Notes under the pieces: model-generated
The model's input: the letters and a program-made list of their open reading frames with translations, nothing else
Told to the model about the DNA's origin: nothing
Database searches by the model: none
Translations under genes and position numbers: made by a program
Assembly (NCBI GenBank): GCA_020631675.1
Contig: JAHDGT010000002.1
Coordinates: 1-31,533 of the forward strand
DNA: 31,533 bases
Origin: Bacteroidota bacterium
Lineage (GTDB): Bacteria > Bacteroidota > Bacteroidia > Chitinophagales > UBA2359
Direction of reading: 5' to 3'
Part shown: positions 1 to 8,658 of the stretch, in pieces
How positions within the stretch are numbered: the first letter of the stretch is position 1
Layout: each line of letters begins with the position of its first letter

Positions 1-2
1 TG

Positions 3-1877
3 ATACCGATCGATCAATATGCTGATTATGCGACTTACCGCTTCAACATTCAGATTCCGGAAAGCGGACCGAATGCGTTCTTGACCGTAGACCCAACTTT
101 AGCCAGCACGCAACAGTGTGGCTTGCACCCTGCCATGACCGGTTTTAAAAACCTGTATGACAACGGAAAACTCAATATCATTCAGGCAGTAGGTTACCCC
201 GACCACAATCGCTCTCATTTTAAAGGTACAGACATCATTTTAAGTGGCGTGGACGGTACGGTAGCGGGCGGTATCAATACCGGTTGGATCGGTAGGTATT
301 TAGACTACTCCTACCCTATGATCGCAGGAAATCCGAATTTGGACATGCCTGACCCTTTGGGCATCGAAATCGGAGGTAGTACTTCTTCGGCAGGTTTCTT
401 CTCTGACAATGCCGATAGCATTTCGGTAAATATAGGCGGACAAGATGCGGAAGGCTTCTACAGTCAAGTATCATCTATTGGAACATTGCCTTTGAGTCCG
501 TTCCCCGCTTCAGAATATGGCGAGCAATTACAGTATATCTACAATATGCAAAACAGCTTAGAGGTATATGCGGAACGTATTTCCACAGTCTTTACAGCAG
601 GTGCGAACGCAGTAACTTATCCTGATACCGATTTAGCCAATCAGCTAAAAACGGTAGCTCGTTTATTGAGTGGCGGTTCTAAAACCAAGGTCTTCCTTTG
701 CGAAATAGGCGGTTTTGATACCCATAGCGGGCAAGCGGATACCCTAGACCCTACAATTGGTGAACATGCGGAACTCTTAGCTGAACTCTCTAATGCGATC
801 GAAGCTTTTCAGTATGATCTTACTGGCTTAGGACTGGCCGATAAAGTAGTAGGCTGTACCTTCTCTGAGTTTGGCAGAAAAGTGATTTCCAATGGTAGTT
901 ATGGTACGGATCACGGTACTTTCGCACCGAGCTTCTTATTCGGTGATCCTGTGGCAGCTGGGGTGATTGGGAATAATCCGACGCTGAGCAATCAAGACGA
1001 TAATGGGGCTTTTAACGCCAGTGAATTACAATACGATTACCGTCAGATATTCACTACACTATTACAAGATTGGCTCGGAGCCAGTGATGATGCGGTTACC
1101 GCTACTTTATTTGGTGGTTTCTTGGGCAGCAAACTCGATTTGATCGACCCAAGTATGGTCGTGGATCCAAGTTGCCATATTGATACTTTTACCGGCTTAA
1201 CCGCTCCTATAGGTGTTTCTATTTCAGTGCTTTTAGAGGGAGCGTATCAAGAAGGTACCGGCGATATGCATACCAAGCTAATGGATGGTGGATTAGTGCC
1301 GAGTGCACAGCCTTTCAATACCGCCCCTTGGAATTATACCGGACCAGAATCATTTGACCCTACTGCTATTTTCACAGCAGAGATCGTTGATTGGGTCATG
1401 ATCGAATTACGAGATGCGGCCGACAATTACAGTGTGTTAGAAACCCATGCGGCATTGCTTTTGGATGATGGCGCAGTAGTAAATACAAATGGTACGACGC
1501 TACAATTCACCAATGTGGGAGCAGGAGATTATTATGTAGCACTGCGCTCACGTAACCACATTGATGTAATCAGTGCCAATGCGATCAGCTTACCTAATAC
1601 GACTGCACTCAATATGTCTGACCCTGCTAATATACTTGGTGGTGCAGGGCAGCTAAAAGAGGTAAGTGCGGGTATTTATGCCCTATCTGCAGGCGACTAC
1701 AATCATGAAGGTATTGTAACTGTTGATGACCAAAACGTATTCAACACCCATATGTCAGAAATCAACGTTTACCAAGATAGCGATGGTAATATGGATGGCA
1801 ATATCACTGTGGCCGACTTTAATAAATTCAAGCCTAATGCGAGTAAGATCGGAGTGGATCAGATACGGTATGATTAA
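3..1877 (+). CDS. DUF1501-family protein with C-terminal dockerin-like Ca-binding domain (paralog 1, 5'-truncated by the window edge)
   Basis: The frame is open from base 3 (IPIDQYADYATYRFNIQIPESGPNAF), matching paralog 2, so the TTG at 81 is not the real start. DUF1501 motifs: NRSHF, GGFDTH, FSEFGR, GTDHG. C-terminal LEGA..VDWVMIELR..RNH..GDYNHEG..DGNMDG region. Confidence 0.88.
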   Translation: MPIDQYADYATYRFNIQIPESGPNAFLTVDPTLASTQQCGLHPAMTGFKNLYDNGKLNIIQAVGYPDHNRSHFKGTDIILSGVDGTVAGGINTGWIGRYLDYSYPMIAGNPNLDMPDPLGIEIGGSTSSAGFFSDNADSISVNIGGQDAEGFYSQVSSIGTLPLSPFPASEYGEQLQYIYNMQNSLEVYAERISTVFTAGANAVTYPDTDLANQLKTVARLLSGGSKTKVFLCEIGGFDTHSGQADTLDPTIGEHAELLAELSNAIEAFQYDLTGLGLADKVVGCTFSEFGRKVISNGSYGTDHGTFAPSFLFGDPVAAGVIGNNPTLSNQDDNGAFNASELQYDYRQIFTTLLQDWLGASDDAVTATLFGGFLGSKLDLIDPSMVVDPSCHIDTFTGLTAPIGVSISVLLEGAYQEGTGDMHTKLMDGGLVPSAQPFNTAPWNYTGPESFDPTAIFTAEIVDWVMIELRDAADNYSVLETHAALLLDDGAVVNTNGTTLQFTNVGAGDYYVALRSRNHIDVISANAISLPNTTALNMSDPANILGGAGQLKEVSAGIYALSAGDYNHEGIVTVDDQNVFNTHMSEINVYQDSDGNMDGNITVADFNKFKPNASKIGVDQIRYD

Positions 1878-1912
1878 TCTCTTCTTTTGAGATTGAGGTA
1901 GAGAGGTAGTTA

Positions 1913-1948
1913 AAAAAATGCCGCACCAAATATGGTGCGGCATTTTTT
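1913..1948 (+). terminator. Intrinsic terminator, possibly bidirectional
   Basis: AAAAAATGCCGCACCA-aata-TGGTGCGGCATTTTTT, a perfect inverted repeat 35 nt after the stop at 1877. Confidence 0.9.
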
Positions 1949-2033
1949 ATTGAGGCGGAATTGTACCCAATACTTCATAGACCAGCAAAAAGATTAATTA
2001 ACATAGGTCAATATTTCCCACCATCAAAAAAAG

Positions 2034-2041
2034 TATTTTTG
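2034..2041 (+). promoter_or_regulatory. Bacteroidota housekeeping-sigma -7 box upstream of DUF1800
   Basis: TATTTTTG matches TAnnTTTG, 45 nt upstream of ATG 2087 and downstream of a terminator. Confidence 0.55.
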
Positions 2042-2086
2042 ACGTAAGGGCTCATGCATTGTCCAAATTCACTCAACACAATAATT

Positions 2087-3727
2087 ATGGCATCTCTCGC
2101 ACCCAAGACAGATGTTCTTGGAAGGCGTTTGGCCGCTCACTTACTGCGCCGAACGACCTATAATGTTTCAAAAGAACGTATTGACGAGTTCGCTCTCTTA
2201 ACACCAGATGCAGCAGTTGATCAATTGATCGACACGCCTGCCAGCACGATCTATCCAGAACCTATCCATGCCCCTACTGGTGAGTATTTCATTAATTGTG
2301 GCACTATGCCTCCTTCTTGCACACCTTCTGAGGATGTAGATAATGAAGGAGAATACATCCTAGCTTGGTGGCTGTATAATGCGCTACAAGACAATAGTAG
2401 TCACTATAAGTTTCAGTTCTTTTTGCATACTTGTTTTACAGTAGATGCTAGTTCTGCTAATGATGCTGGTGCTGGTTTTGATCATTTATATCGATTGGCT
2501 TATTACTCCGCAGGCAGCTATAAAGATTTTGCTTTGCGCATGAGCATAGATCGACTCATGCTCACTTTCCTGAACGGTAACGAAAATACCGTAGCTAGTC
2601 CGAATGAGAATTATGCAAGAGAATTCTTTGAGTTATTCACCATTGGCAAAGGTCCACAAGATGGACCCGATAGTTACACCAACTATACCGAATCTGATAT
2701 AGTAGAAGCAGCTAAAGTATTCAGTGGCTGGGTAGCGGGACCGAGAGGGGCATTAATTGACCCCGACCTAAATGTTCCAGTTGGTACTCCTCAATATGCT
2801 CAACATGACACCACCACCAAAACCTTTAGCGACAAATTTGGGTCCGCATCCATTACGGGGGCTGTAGATGCCTATGATATGGTGAGAGAGCTACAAGATT
2901 TAGTAAATATGGTCTTTGATCAAGATGAAACCGCTCGTTTCATTTGTCGTAAGATCTATCGCTACTTCGTTAGTGACCGGATAACTACAGAAATAGAAAC
3001 AGACATTATAGAACCACTGGCAGCTACTTTAAGAGACAATGACTATGATCTGTCGTTTGCCTTTAAAGAGCTATTCAAAAGTGTTCACTTTTATGATGAG
3101 GACGATAGCGATAGCAGCGATGAGATCATCGGCTCAAAATTGAGAGATCCTATATCACATGTACTGCAAACGCTGAGTATGCTTGGCCTACCTACATATG
3201 ATCCGTTTACAGAAGCCAATCAGCTTTACAATCAATTTTTGAGAATCAACATTATAGGTTTCTTATTAGGGCAGATGGGCATGATCCCTTTCGTACCCCC
3301 TTCTGTTGCCGGCTATCCATCCGATTATCAAGAACCCAACTATAGTCGCTTATGGTTCGATGGCAGCACGGCCATCTCCCGCTATAAGTTCGGAGAGATG
3401 CTACTGCTCAACCAAAAAGTGATCGCACCGGGTAATTTCGGTGGTGTTCAATTCAACCCGATCAGTTTTATACAATCGTTCTGTTCTGACCCTTATGACG
3501 CCAGTACCATTGTACAGGAAGTGACTGACTATTTCTTGCCAGAATCACCCGGTACGAACAGATTCGACTACTTATTAAATACCATTTTCTTAGACGGACT
3601 ACCCGCCTATGATTGGACCTATGAATGGAATAATTACATCACCAGTGGGGATCCTGACGAGGTCTATCTCATGTTGTTCCGCTTCTTCAAATCGGTACTC
3701 TATACTGGTGAGTATCAAATGATGTAG
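2087..3727 (+). CDS. DUF1800-family protein
   Basis: AHLLRR..Y, NENYAREFFELFTIG, YTESDI.EAAKVFSGW, FICRKIYRYFVSD and PPSVAGYP motifs, next to DUF1501. ATG 2087 (MASLAP) is preferred over 2054. Confidence 0.9.
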   Translation: MASLAPKTDVLGRRLAAHLLRRTTYNVSKERIDEFALLTPDAAVDQLIDTPASTIYPEPIHAPTGEYFINCGTMPPSCTPSEDVDNEGEYILAWWLYNALQDNSSHYKFQFFLHTCFTVDASSANDAGAGFDHLYRLAYYSAGSYKDFALRMSIDRLMLTFLNGNENTVASPNENYAREFFELFTIGKGPQDGPDSYTNYTESDIVEAAKVFSGWVAGPRGALIDPDLNVPVGTPQYAQHDTTTKTFSDKFGSASITGAVDAYDMVRELQDLVNMVFDQDETARFICRKIYRYFVSDRITTEIETDIIEPLAATLRDNDYDLSFAFKELFKSVHFYDEDDSDSSDEIIGSKLRDPISHVLQTLSMLGLPTYDPFTEANQLYNQFLRINIIGFLLGQMGMIPFVPPSVAGYPSDYQEPNYSRLWFDGSTAISRYKFGEMLLLNQKVIAPGNFGGVQFNPISFIQSFCSDPYDASTIVQEVTDYFLPESPGTNRFDYLLNTIFLDGLPAYDWTYEWNNYITSGDPDEVYLMLFRFFKSVLYTGEYQMM

Positions 3728-3775
3728 CCTTCATGGCACGTTTCCTTTTATTTCATTCTAAAAAATCAACACACC

Positions 3776-5830
3776 ATGAATAGGCGAAATTTCTTAAAAC
3801 TAGGCGGTAAATTAAGTGCCGCACCACTTCTTTTGAACGGTACCATGCTGCGTACCTTCGCAACACCAGCTATGCTGACCACATGTGATGGCATTACTGA
3901 CAGAGTACTTGTTATCATTCGACTAAATGGCGGTAACGATGGTATCAATACTCTTATTCCCATTAATCAATATGCGGATTATGCGACTTACCGCTTCAAT
4001 ATGCAAATTCCAGAGAGTGGACCTAATGCATACTTGGAGGTAGATAGCAGTTTAGCAAGCGCACAGCAATGTGGCTTTCATCCTGTCATGACAGGTTTTA
4101 AAGACCTGTATGATGACGGGCAGTTAAACATCATCCAAGCAGTGGGCTACCCCAGCCAGAACCGTTCGCATTTCAAAAGCACCGACATTATGTTAAGTGG
4201 TGCCGATGGAACAAGCTCTGCTGGATTGACCACAGGTTGGATGGGTAGATATTTAGATTATTCCTTCCCAATGGCTGCGGGTAACCCGAACCTCGAAATG
4301 CCCGACCCGCTTGGTATTGAGCTGGGCGGAAGTTCTTCTTCCGCTGGTTTCTTCTCTGATAATGACAATAGTATTTCTGTCAACTTAGGCGGGCAAGATG
4401 CCTCTGGTTTCTATAATCAGGTATCTTCTATCGGTACCGCCCCACTAAGTCCGTTCCCAGCTACTGAATATGGTGAGCAATTGGAGTATATCTACAATAT
4501 GCAGAACACCTTAGAGGTCTACGCAGAGCGAATTTCTGAGGTATTCGATTTAGGCACAAATGTGGCCACCTATCCGGATAACAGATTAGCCAATCAGTTG
4601 AGAACCGTTGCCCGTCTTATTAGTGGCGGCTCTCAAACCAAAGTATTTTTATGTGAGTACGGTGGTTTTGATACCCATAGCGGACAGGTCAATATTTCTG
4701 ACCCCACTACGGGTAATCATGCTGAACTGCTTACTACATTATCTGATGCGATCAAGACCTTCCAAGATGATCTAGCAGCACTAGGCATAGCAGATAGAGT
4801 ACTGGGCTGCACTTTCTCCGAATTCGGACGTAAGGTCATCTCTAACGGCAGCTATGGTACCGATCATGGTACTTACGCCCCTTGCTTTGTTTTTGGTAGT
4901 GCCGCCGCCGCTGGTGTTGTTGGTAATAATCCGACTTTGAATAATATAGACGGTATTGGCGCTTTGGCCGAAAGCGAGTTGCAGCATGATTATAGACAAG
5001 TTTTCACCACCTTACTACAAGACTGGCTGGGTGCGAGTAATGGAGCTGTTACAGCAACTTACTTTGGCTCATTCCTAAGCAGCAAACTCGGTATTGTAGA
5101 CCCGAGCATGGTCGTAGATCCAAGCTGCTATATTGATACCTTCACCGGACTTACGCCTCCTGTTGGGGTATCCATTTCAGCCATGCTGGAAGGGGCACTC
5201 ATCACTGGCACAAGCGTCATGCACACCAAATTGATGGATGCGGGACTTGTTCCCAATGCGCAGCCATTCAATAAAGTTCCTTGGAATTATACCGGTCCCG
5301 AATCTTTTGACCCTGCAAATAGCTTTGCTGCGGGTATAGTAGATTGGGTGTTGGTTGAACTAAGAGATGCTACGGACAATTATTCTATTCTGGAAACACA
5401 TGCCGCTCTTTTATTGGAAGATGGCGTGATCGTGAATACAGACGGAGCAACATTACAATTCACCAATGTAGGACCAGGTGATTATTACATCGCGCTACGT
5501 GCCCGCAACCACTTGGATGTGATTTCCAATGCAGCCATTAGCCTGCCGAATACGGATATGTTCAGCATGTCTGAGCCTGCGAACATACTCGGAGGTGCCG
5601 GACAATTGAAAGAAATCAACCCGGGTGTTTATGCACTGTCCGCTGGAGATTATTCACACGAGGGTGTGATTACTGTTGATGATCAGAATGTATTCAATAC
5701 GCACATGTCAGAGATCAACGTCTACCAAGATAGTGATGGCAATATGGACGGAAATATTACGGTAGCTGATTTCAATAAGTACAGACCCAATGCCAGTAAG
5801 ATCGGTATGGATCAGATACGCTACGACTAG
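3776..5830 (+). CDS. Tat-exported DUF1501-family protein with C-terminal dockerin-like domain (paralog 2)
   Basis: N-terminal NRRNFLK twin-arginine motif. LNGGNDG, NRSHF, GGFDTH, SEFGR and GTDHG motifs. Same C-terminal domain as paralog 1. Confidence 0.9.
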   Translation: MNRRNFLKLGGKLSAAPLLLNGTMLRTFATPAMLTTCDGITDRVLVIIRLNGGNDGINTLIPINQYADYATYRFNMQIPESGPNAYLEVDSSLASAQQCGFHPVMTGFKDLYDDGQLNIIQAVGYPSQNRSHFKSTDIMLSGADGTSSAGLTTGWMGRYLDYSFPMAAGNPNLEMPDPLGIELGGSSSSAGFFSDNDNSISVNLGGQDASGFYNQVSSIGTAPLSPFPATEYGEQLEYIYNMQNTLEVYAERISEVFDLGTNVATYPDNRLANQLRTVARLISGGSQTKVFLCEYGGFDTHSGQVNISDPTTGNHAELLTTLSDAIKTFQDDLAALGIADRVLGCTFSEFGRKVISNGSYGTDHGTYAPCFVFGSAAAAGVVGNNPTLNNIDGIGALAESELQHDYRQVFTTLLQDWLGASNGAVTATYFGSFLSSKLGIVDPSMVVDPSCYIDTFTGLTPPVGVSISAMLEGALITGTSVMHTKLMDAGLVPNAQPFNKVPWNYTGPESFDPANSFAAGIVDWVLVELRDATDNYSILETHAALLLEDGVIVNTDGATLQFTNVGPGDYYIALRARNHLDVISNAAISLPNTDMFSMSEPANILGGAGQLKEINPGVYALSAGDYSHEGVITVDDQNVFNTHMSEINVYQDSDGNMDGNITVADFNKYRPNASKIGMDQIRYD

Positions 5831-5866
5831 ACGATATATTAAGTACCGTAAAACTGGTAAGAGTGA

Positions 5867-5905
5867 AAGGCGATGTCGCTATATGTGATATCGCCTTATT
5901 TTTTT
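5867..5905 (+). terminator. Intrinsic terminator of the DUF1800-DUF1501 unit
   Basis: AAGGCGATGTCGC-tatat-GTGATATCGCCTT (two G-U pairs) followed by A and T7. The tetR stop codon on the other strand overlaps it. Confidence 0.8.
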
Positions 5906-6573
5906 ATAAGCCTGAACGCAAAGAAAACCATCATACACTCAACCTGATTGTAATCCCCCTCCTTTACCTGAACATCCGTCAAATGAGGTAAATGCTCCGC
6001 GAAAAAAATGTGGTTGTTGTGCATCTCGAATAAATTGCTGGCCAAAGCATGTGGGTAGGGAAACTCGCTATTGATCTCACTGATCACATCCGCTACTTTA
6101 TCGCACAACTGCTTATAATTCAAAAACAAGCCTTCCGTATTCTCTCTATCCACCGCCTTCGTATGATAGGCTTTAGCCCCTTCAGAAATAACGATTCGGT
6201 GTAAAATCTGCTCGTTCACATATCCAATAGCCGGGTTTTCTCGCTTTGCATGAACGATCGTCTTAATAATGATCTTCAAACGTTCCTCCCCTGAAGCGAT
6301 ATTGGCCGTATTCAGGTCGATTAAAAAACTGACCCACTCCCAATACCACGCTACCAAATAGATCAATAGTCGGTGTTTATTCTCAAAGTACCGATAAACA
6401 GAGGCTTCCGTAGAAGACATCGCCTTCGCTAATTTTTTAAAGGTAAAAGTCTCAAAACCCAGTTCATCGATCATTAAAATACTGTGCTTAATGATCTTCT
6501 GCCCCAATGCCGTTTCCTGTGGATCTCTAATATATAGGCGATCGTTCAAGATCATTTTGATGCCTACTGCCAT
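5896..6573 (-). CDS. TetR/AcrR-family transcriptional regulator
   Basis: N-terminal HTH: GFETFTFKKLAKAMSSTEASVYRYFENKHRLL. Confidence 0.92.
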   Translation of the reverse strand: MAVGIKMILNDRLYIRDPQETALGQKIIKHSILMIDELGFETFTFKKLAKAMSSTEASVYRYFENKHRLLIYLVAWYWEWVSFLIDLNTANIASGEERLKIIIKTIVHAKRENPAIGYVNEQILHRIVISEGAKAYHTKAVDRENTEGLFLNYKQLCDKVADVISEINSEFPYPHALASNLFEMHNNHIFFAEHLPHLTDVQVKEGDYNQVECMMVFFAFRLIKK

Positions 6574-6592
6574 AGTAAAACTAAATTTTTGT

Positions 6593-6600
6593 CAAAAATA
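6593..6600 (-). promoter_or_regulatory. -7 box of the tetR promoter
   Basis: Reads TATTTTTG (TAnnTTTG) on the minus strand, 19 nt upstream of the tetR ATG. Confidence 0.55.
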
Positions 6601-6644
6601 ATGAATAGCGCGAACAAGTTCACCAATCATGCGTTAAAGGTTCG

Positions 6645-6652
6645 TATATTTG
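6645..6652 (+). promoter_or_regulatory. -7 box of the sulP promoter
   Basis: TATATTTG (TAnnTTTG), 64 nt upstream of ATG 6717. Confidence 0.65.
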
Positions 6653-6675
6653 CATAATAGCAATGCTATCATGCA
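6651..6675. promoter_or_regulatory. Palindromic operator, probable TetR site
   Basis: TGCAT-A-ATAGCA-A-TGCTAT-C-ATGCA: a 25-bp dyad with one mismatched pair, covering the expected sulP transcription start. Confidence 0.7.
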
Positions 6676-6716
6676 TTCTCCTTCTACTACAAAGTAATCC
6701 ACAAACACTTTCAATC

Positions 6717-8333
6717 ATGACAGAAAAGCAAAACGTTAATCTGTTCGGTCACTTAAAAAGTGACATCCCGGCTTCCATAGTCGTGTTCCTCGTAGCGGTT
6801 CCCCTATGTTTAGGTATCGCACTGGCATCAGGAGCACCTTTATTTTCTGGTATCATCGCAGGTATCGTAGGTGGTATCATCGTGGGTGCCTTGAGTGGCT
6901 CCCAATTAGGGGTAAGTGGGCCAGCCGCTGGTCTTGCTGTGATCGTTTTAACCGCCATCACTGAATTAGGAGCCTTCGATGTTTTCTTATTAGCCGTGGT
7001 TATCGGTGGTGTCATTCAATTGCTGCTGGGCTTTGCCAAAGCAGGTATCATCGGTTATTATTTCCCCTCCTCCGTGATAAAAGGAATGTTATCGGGTATC
7101 GGTATAATCATCATTTTAAAGCAGATACCTCATGCCTTTGGCTATGATAAAGACTATGAGGGCAGTCTCGCATTCAACCAACCTGATGGTCACAACACCC
7201 TGTCTGAACTCTATTATATGTTCGAGGCGATCAGCCCTGGAGCTACCATAATCGCAATGATCTCTATCGCTATTTTGATTCTATGGGAACAGTCGTTCAT
7301 GAAAAAAATCAAAATCTTCAAGATCATACAAGGTCCTCTAGTAGCAGTGACCGCGGGTATCGTACTGAACTTAGTATTCCAAAACATGCCGAATTTGGCT
7401 TTGACCGCATCACAAGTCGTAAACATTCCTGTTGCAGGTAGCTTCGATGGTTTCTTGAACCTGTTCACCTTGCCAGATTTCAGTCAGATCGGTAATCCAC
7501 AGGTATGGATCGTAGGTGCCACTATAGCAATTGTAGCAAGTTTAGAAACACTATTATGTTTGGACGCGACCGATAAATTAGATCCTCAAAAAAGAGTAAC
7601 GCCTGCTAATCAGGAGTTGAAAGCACAAGGTGTGGGTAACATCATCTCAGGTTTGATCGGTGGTTTGCCCATCACTCAGGTAATTGTACGTAGTTCCACG
7701 AACATCCAATCAGGTGGTCAGACCAAAATTTCGGCCATCTTGCACGGCTTTATCTTATTGGCTTGCGCTACCTTGATTCCTTTCGTTCTCAACATGATTC
7801 CATTAGCAAGTTTGGCAGCTATCCTATTCTTAGTGGGTTACAAATTGGCAAAACCAGCCTTATTCAAGCAAATGTACAAGTTGGGGCAAGGTCACTTCGT
7901 GCCTTTCATGGTCACTATTTTAGGTATCGTATTCACGGATCTGTTGATGGGTATCGGAATGGGTATGGCAGTTGCCATCTTCTATGTCCTCTATAACAGC
8001 TACAAAATGCCTTTCTTGGTACAATCTAAAGACGAGTTAAAAGACGGTCTGATTCACTTAGCATTAGCGGAAGAGGTAACCTTCATCAATAAAGCAAGCA
8101 TCCAGCGTACATTAACTCAGATCCCTGATGGTTCTAAAGTCATCATCGACGGTTCTAAATCTGTTTATATTGACCAAGATGTGATTGAGCTGATCGATGA
8201 ATTCGAAACCAACGCCAGGTACCGTGATATCGATTTGCAGATCATCCCAAGAACGCATACCAAGTTAGATGATCAGGTTAAGCTGGTGGAGAAAGCCATC
8301 AATGACCGTAAACCTCAAGCCGTCTTGGTATAA
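6717..8333 (+). CDS. SulP/SLC26-family anion (sulfate/bicarbonate) permease with short STAS-like C-terminus
   Basis: VAVPLCLGIALASG, GSQLGVSGPAAGL, NQELKAQGVGN and PITQVIVRSS motifs, with many TM helices. ATG 6717 is preferred over 6663 because it lies downstream of the promoter/operator. Confidence 0.93.
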   Translation: MTEKQNVNLFGHLKSDIPASIVVFLVAVPLCLGIALASGAPLFSGIIAGIVGGIIVGALSGSQLGVSGPAAGLAVIVLTAITELGAFDVFLLAVVIGGVIQLLLGFAKAGIIGYYFPSSVIKGMLSGIGIIIILKQIPHAFGYDKDYEGSLAFNQPDGHNTLSELYYMFEAISPGATIIAMISIAILILWEQSFMKKIKIFKIIQGPLVAVTAGIVLNLVFQNMPNLALTASQVVNIPVAGSFDGFLNLFTLPDFSQIGNPQVWIVGATIAIVASLETLLCLDATDKLDPQKRVTPANQELKAQGVGNIISGLIGGLPITQVIVRSSTNIQSGGQTKISAILHGFILLACATLIPFVLNMIPLASLAAILFLVGYKLAKPALFKQMYKLGQGHFVPFMVTILGIVFTDLLMGIGMGMAVAIFYVLYNSYKMPFLVQSKDELKDGLIHLALAEEVTFINKASIQRTLTQIPDGSKVIIDGSKSVYIDQDVIELIDEFETNARYRDIDLQIIPRTHTKLDDQVKLVEKAINDRKPQAVLV

Positions 8334-8396
8334 ATTCTTCGTGATTTCTTATTGTTTAACTATACAAGTGTAGACCACTTTGTATTTTAGGAGGAT

Positions 8397-8430
8397 GGGA
8401 CTGTCTTATGTATTAGACAGTCCCTTTTTT
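8397..8430 (+). terminator. Intrinsic terminator after sulP
   Basis: GGGACTGTCT-tatgtatt-AGACAGTCCC followed by T6. Confidence 0.88.
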
Positions 8431-8455
8431 ATTTTTATACTACTTTTAATCATGC

Positions 8456-8614
8456 TGCGCCCCTCCGCAAGCTCCGGGTACGGGCTATCCGCTAAATCAA
8501 GCGCCTTGCCTGGCGGTTCGTTGCTGCCCGTTGCGGTGGCTACCTCTGGGCCGCCCCCGCAACGGGCGCACTCACTCGCCATTCAAGCCACTTAATACCG
8601 CTCCTATCCCTCGC
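8456..8614 (+). repeat. Dispersed nested-hairpin intergenic repeat (REP/MITE-like), copy A
   Basis: Conserved 5' CGGGCTATCCG (8481-8491) and 3' TACCGCTCCTATCCCTCGC (8596-8614). Internal stem GCCCGTTGCGG (8526-8536) / CCGCAACGGGC (8557-8567). Confidence 0.8.
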
Positions 8615-8658
8615 AGAAGTAATCCGTAATTAGTACCTTGCCGTAACAAATCGATGCT

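Noticed and set aside
3734-3750. TGGCACG between DUF1800 and DUF1501, a possible sigma-54 site
   Set aside because: The -12 position reads CTTT rather than TTGC, and the gap looks like an ordinary intra-operon spacer.
8380-8595. 71-aa ORF, and the 77-aa ORF at 31166-31399, sharing the peptide VATSGPP
   Set aside because: Both read through the dispersed hairpin repeat; the shared peptide simply reflects the 25-nt identical repeat core.
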